Below the pieces are notes generated by a model, which did not search any database, was not told where the DNA came from, and worked only from the letters and a program-made list of their open reading frames with translations. Below, one piece after another: positions 26,029 to 30,308 of a stretch of 30,308 nt of DNA (the stretch's first letter is position 1; every line of letters begins with the position of its first letter). The translations under genes were made by a program, and so were the position numbers. Source of the DNA: Eledone cirrhosa (Eukaryota); NCBI GenBank assembly GCA_964016885.1, contig CAXHJY010001596.1, forward strand, positions 1-30,308, in the 5' to 3' direction.

Positions 26029-28167
26029 ATGGATAGATACCCTTTGGATTACTCTGTAAAGAATATCGCAACACCTTCTAACACTCTCTACACGAAAATA
26101 CTGATAGACAAAGTAGAGAAGGTTGTTAAAAGAATGAGATGGAAAGCTTTGATTCTCGATGGACACTTTAACACGGATTCTACGGAATATTTTGACATCA
26201 AAACTCATAAATACCCGCAAAGAGTAAAAGATATGACCGCTTTTGAATTAGACCTAGTTAACCTAATCAACAATATCAATTTTCGTAAGTACTCTAACCC
26301 TTTTCAATCTAAACTATCTAATGATATTTCAACATTCAAATCTTCTAATAATAAGTTCATCTTCTCCGATAAAACTAAAAACCTATATGAAGTTAACAAT
26401 AATTTACACGACCAACTATTAATAGATAATATCACCTCTAAATACCAAATAGCTAATATAAACACGTATCATAATATAAATAAAGAAGCTAGAGAATTAG
26501 CTGTTTCTTTAAAAATAGATAATAGGACAGAAAAACTTGCTAAACGTAATGCGTACATCACCCTTAAAGATCACAAACCCGACTTTATTAATCGTCCTAG
26601 TTGTAGATTAATCAACCCTGCTAAGACTGATATTGGTCTTGCCAGCAAAAAAAATTTAAATAATATAAATACACACATTAGAAGTAAGTCTAAATTACTC
26701 CAATGGATAAATAGCTCTTCCGTAGTACATTGATTTAATAATATTAAAAACAAAAATAGTTCTAGATTCACCCAATTTGACATTGTAGATTTCTACCCAT
26801 CTATCACTCAGACCCTTTTAGCGAAAGCTTTAAATTTCGCTAGAAGGTTCACTAATATCTCCGATATTGAAGAGAATGTCATCTTGCACGCTAGAAACAC
26901 TCTACTCTTTACTGATAATGACACTTGGGTAAAAATATCTAACCCAGAGAGCCCATTCGATGTCTCAATGGGCTCTTATGACAGTGCTGACGTTTGTGAT
27001 TTGGTCGGCCTATTCCTCCTACATACACTTAAAGAAAAATTTCCTAACCATATTTTTGGGCTTTATCGCGACGATGGTCTAATACTTTCCCATACCACCA
27101 TAGGCCATAACTTAGATATATTAAGGAAAGACTTAATAAAAACCTTCGCTAATTTTAATCTTAAAATTACTATTAACACTAACCTTTCCAATGTAGATTT
27201 CGTAGATATAAACCTAGATTTGCCTACTGCTTCTTATAAACCATAAACCTAATGAAAACTTAAAATATATAAATAAAGGCTCTTGCCATCCTCTTATAGT
27301 TTTTAAAAACCTTATCCCTAATATTAGCCGTAGCATCTCCACCCTCTCTTCCTCAGAAGCTATTTTTAATAAGGCATCCCCCTACTATAATAAAGCCCTC
27401 CAAAATAGCGGTTTTAGCGAACCGATTAAATACATACCCAACTATACTAACTCTATTAAACATAAAAACAGGAAAAGAAAAATAATCTGGTCCCCCCCCC
27501 CCCCCCCCACACTCTAGCAGTTAAAACTAATGTAGGCAAACAATTCCTAGAGCTCCTAGATAAACATTTCCCTAGAACACATAGATACTATAAGATCTTT
27601 AACAGAAACTGTGTCAAAATTAGCTATTCCTGCGGTCCCCCTATTAAGTCCTATATCATCAACAAAAACTCACCTAGAGAAAATCAAAATTGCTCCTGTA
27701 GAATCAAAAGTGAATGCCCATTACAAGGTAAATGCAACACCAAAGCCATTGTATATGCGGCTAAAGTGACAACCATCAGCAACAACCATCCAGCCACCAG
27801 TGAACGATATGTGGGTATGACGCAAGACAAATTCAAAACGCGTTATTACTCACATGTCGCATCCTTTCGACATCCAGAAAAAAGATTTACAACAGCTCTG
27901 GCTAGCAGAATTTGGGATTTGAAAGACCAAGGCATCCAATATAAATTGGATTGGTCAATTTTGAACCAATCTAAAGAATATGCAAGAGGAACAAGAAAAC
28001 GCACGCTCTGCATAAATGAAAAATATTGGATCTTGCAAAATCTTAAATCACCAAAGACCTGCCGGAACACAAAGACGGAAATTTTCAGCAGTTGCCCACA
28101 CATGAAATCACACTTGCTTTCCAGCTCATATAAACTTAACACACTTTCAGATACTTATCCTCCATAA
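26029..28167 (+). pseudogene. PLE2 single ORF (RT + GIY-YIG, ~710 aa) with three lesions
   Basis: TGA at 26731-26733 where PLE1 has Trp; a small frameshifting deletion at ~27244 (YKP*, PLE1 has YPFHK); frameshift at the C17 run 27492-27508. Confidence 0.88.
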
Positions 28168-28394
28168 ACTCTTATTATTACTTTATAATTACCCTTTCTG
28201 ATTTACTTTCATTTTTATCCTTATTATTAATTTCATTTATTTTTATTTTTATTTTTATATATTTTTTTATTTTTACTTCACATACACCAATAACCCCCCC
28301 CCCCTTTATTCTCCGATTCACTTACCTAATATCTTCACTTTCCATTTTTTACTTCCCTATTCTCTTCACTAACTGATTACACAAGTCACTTGCG

Positions 28395-28408
28395 TTTTCC
28401 ACTCCAGA

Positions 28409-28443
<35 letters not shown>

Positions 28444-28604
28444 ATTTTTTATTTTTTATTTTTCCGCAGCCAATCTTATAATTTTATATTTGTACTTACT
28501 TATCTACAAGTTTTTTACACCCTGTATCTATGTGTCTGAACGCCTTAATGTGTGTATACTTCCTATATATGTACACGAGCGCCTACGTATGTGCGCGCGC
28601 GTGC

Positions 28605-28657
<53 letters not shown>

Positions 28658-28795
28658 TGTATGTGTATGTGTATGTGTCTTTATATCCGTGTTTTTACAT
28701 CTAGGTTTTTTGTTTTGTTTCTATTTTCTTCTTCCCTTTTCTTACATCATCATTTTTATGCGTGTGCATGCAAACAGGTCAATATGCGCGAGTGT

Positions 28796-28864
<69 letters not shown>

Positions 28865-29459
28865 TCGAATGTATGGATGTGTAAGTGTGCGTGTGTATAT
28901 AAGCATGTATATTTTTGTGTTTCTTTTGTGAGATATACGTGTGTGTGTATGCGTGTACCTTGTTTGTCTTCTTTTCTTTAATTTTTTCTTTCTAAATTAT
29001 TGTTCCATTTTTATAAATACATCGAGATTGATACTTTCCTTTAATTATTATACTCCCTTACCTCTTTTACTTCCGCATACAAGTGTATGTGTGTGTAGGT
29101 GTGTTTATGCGCGTGCCTTCATATTCTTATGAGTATCTATTCTGTCTGTAGTTTACAGATACACAGATACATTTGCCCTAAAATAAAATATATATTTACG
29201 CACACTTTTTCACTATACGTATACATTTGTGCATACACATATATGCACATCTGTGAGCGTATATACATACATATACACACACCTAACTATATGTCTTGAA
29301 AGATTTTTATATATTTCATATTGTAATTCATTTGTCTATATATTTTTTTTTTTTTTGCTTTTCTTGATGAGACTTTCCAAGTATTTACCCATGTTTTATA
29401 TTGCCTCGTCTGACGAACGAATGAAGACGTTTCTTTCGTATTCGCCGCAGTCGGGAAAC
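28395..29459 (+). repeat. PLE2 3' pseudo-LTR, ending inside its HHR copy (after GAAAC)
   Basis: Repeat of 24818-25791; similarity stops at 29459. Confidence 0.9.
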
Positions 29460-29496
29460 GCGGGGATGGTGGGTTGGTGGTGGGGTGGGTGTGGGT

Positions 29497-29561
<65 letters not shown>

Positions 29562-29756
29562 TGTGTGTGTGTGGTGTGGTGTGTGGTGTGTGTGTGTGGT
29601 GTGGTGTGTGTGTGTGTGTGTGGTGTGTGTGTGTGTGTGTGTGAGTGTGTGTGTGTGTGGTGTGGTGTGTGTGTGTGAGTGTGTGTGTGTGGTGTGAGTG
29701 TGTGTGTGTGGTGTGTGTGGTGTGTGTGTGTGTGTGTGGTGTGAGTGTGTGTGGTG

Positions 29757-29787
<31 letters not shown>

Positions 29788-30141
29788 TGTGTGTGTGGTG
29801 TGTGGGTGTGTGTGTGGTGTGAGTGTGTGTTTTGTGTGTGTGTGTGTGGTGGTGTGTGTGTGGTGGTGTGTGTGTGTTGTGTGTGTGTGTGTGTGAGTGT
29901 GGAGTGTGTGTGTGGTGAGTGTGTGTGTAGTGAGTGTGGTGTGAGTGGTGTGTGTGGTGTCGTGGTAGTGTGTGTGTTGTGTAGGTGTGTGTGTGTGGTG
30001 GTGTGAGTGTGTGTGTGTGTGTGTGGTGTGTGTTGTGTGTGTGTGTGGTGTGTGTGTGTTTGTGAGTGGCTGTGAGTGTGTGTGTGTTGGTTGTGTGAGT
30101 GTGTGTGGTGTGTGTGTGTGTGTGTGTGTAGTGTGTGGTGG
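29460..30141. repeat. Imperfect (GT)n tract, possibly low-quality sequence
   Basis: Directly visible; G-rich transition at 29460-29500. Confidence 0.9.
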
Positions 30142-30197
30142 TATATATATATATATATTATATATATATATATACATATTATATATATATTATAAAT

Positions 30198-30260
<63 letters not shown>

Positions 30261-30308
30261 ATATATTATATATATTATATATATTATATATATATATTAT
30301 ATAAATAT
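30142..30308. repeat. Imperfect (TA)n array running off the window
   Basis: Directly visible. Confidence 0.95.

Larger units (their letters stand above)
24818..29459 (+). mobile_element. Penelope-like element PLE2 (Hydra-clade-like), full-length architecture pLTR-ORF-pLTR, decayed
   Basis: ~1-kb direct repeats flank an RT (FDIVDFYPSI, FDVSMGSYD, GLYRDD) + CSCRIKSECP linker + GIY-YIG (IVY...YVG) region; HHR at the repeat end; preceded by (TA)n. Confidence 0.92.

Noticed and set aside
26731-26733. In-frame TGA in PLE2 as possible selenocysteine, as known for some Naiad PLEs
   Set aside because: It aligns with Trp in PLE1 (VIEWFN vs VVH*FN), so it is a TGG-to-TGA nonsense change. The element has C-terminal EN and other lesions.
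28490-30304. Val/Cys-rich and His/Thr-rich ORFs
   Set aside because: Translations of (GT)n/(CA)n and pLTR low-complexity sequence.

Overview
Eukaryotic, gene-free repeat nest, most likely from a cephalopod (Octopus-like; inferred only from the SINE/RTE/Penelope mix and the huge (TA)n tracts). Roughly 40% of the window is imperfect (TA)n microsatellite, and almost every unique island in it is a retroelement inserted into TA. These are: one apparently intact CR1-group LINE ORF2 (APE+RT); one RTE of family 'A' with its YADD motif deleted; three 5'-truncated RTE copies of family 'B'; a tRNA-headed SINE that shares the 3' tail of RTE-A; and two decayed Penelope-like elements (RT + CxCx5C linker + C-terminal GIY-YIG, resembling the Hydra clade). 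The signal the ORF track misses is a cluster of type I hammerhead ribozyme (HHR) motifs read by eye: five complete and two partial, from four sequence families. They lie in the pseudo-LTRs of both Penelope elements, in a solo pLTR fragment, in a non-coding 466-nt tandem retrozyme-like element, and in a fold-back insertion whose perfect 64-bp inverted repeat ends exactly at the predicted self-cleavage site. All complete motifs have unpaired bases at the foot of stem II, and three pLTR ends share one 17-nt terminus abutting (TA)n. The I/Y-rich and V/C-rich ORFs are microsatellite artefacts. Ribozyme activity, family names and organism are unverified.
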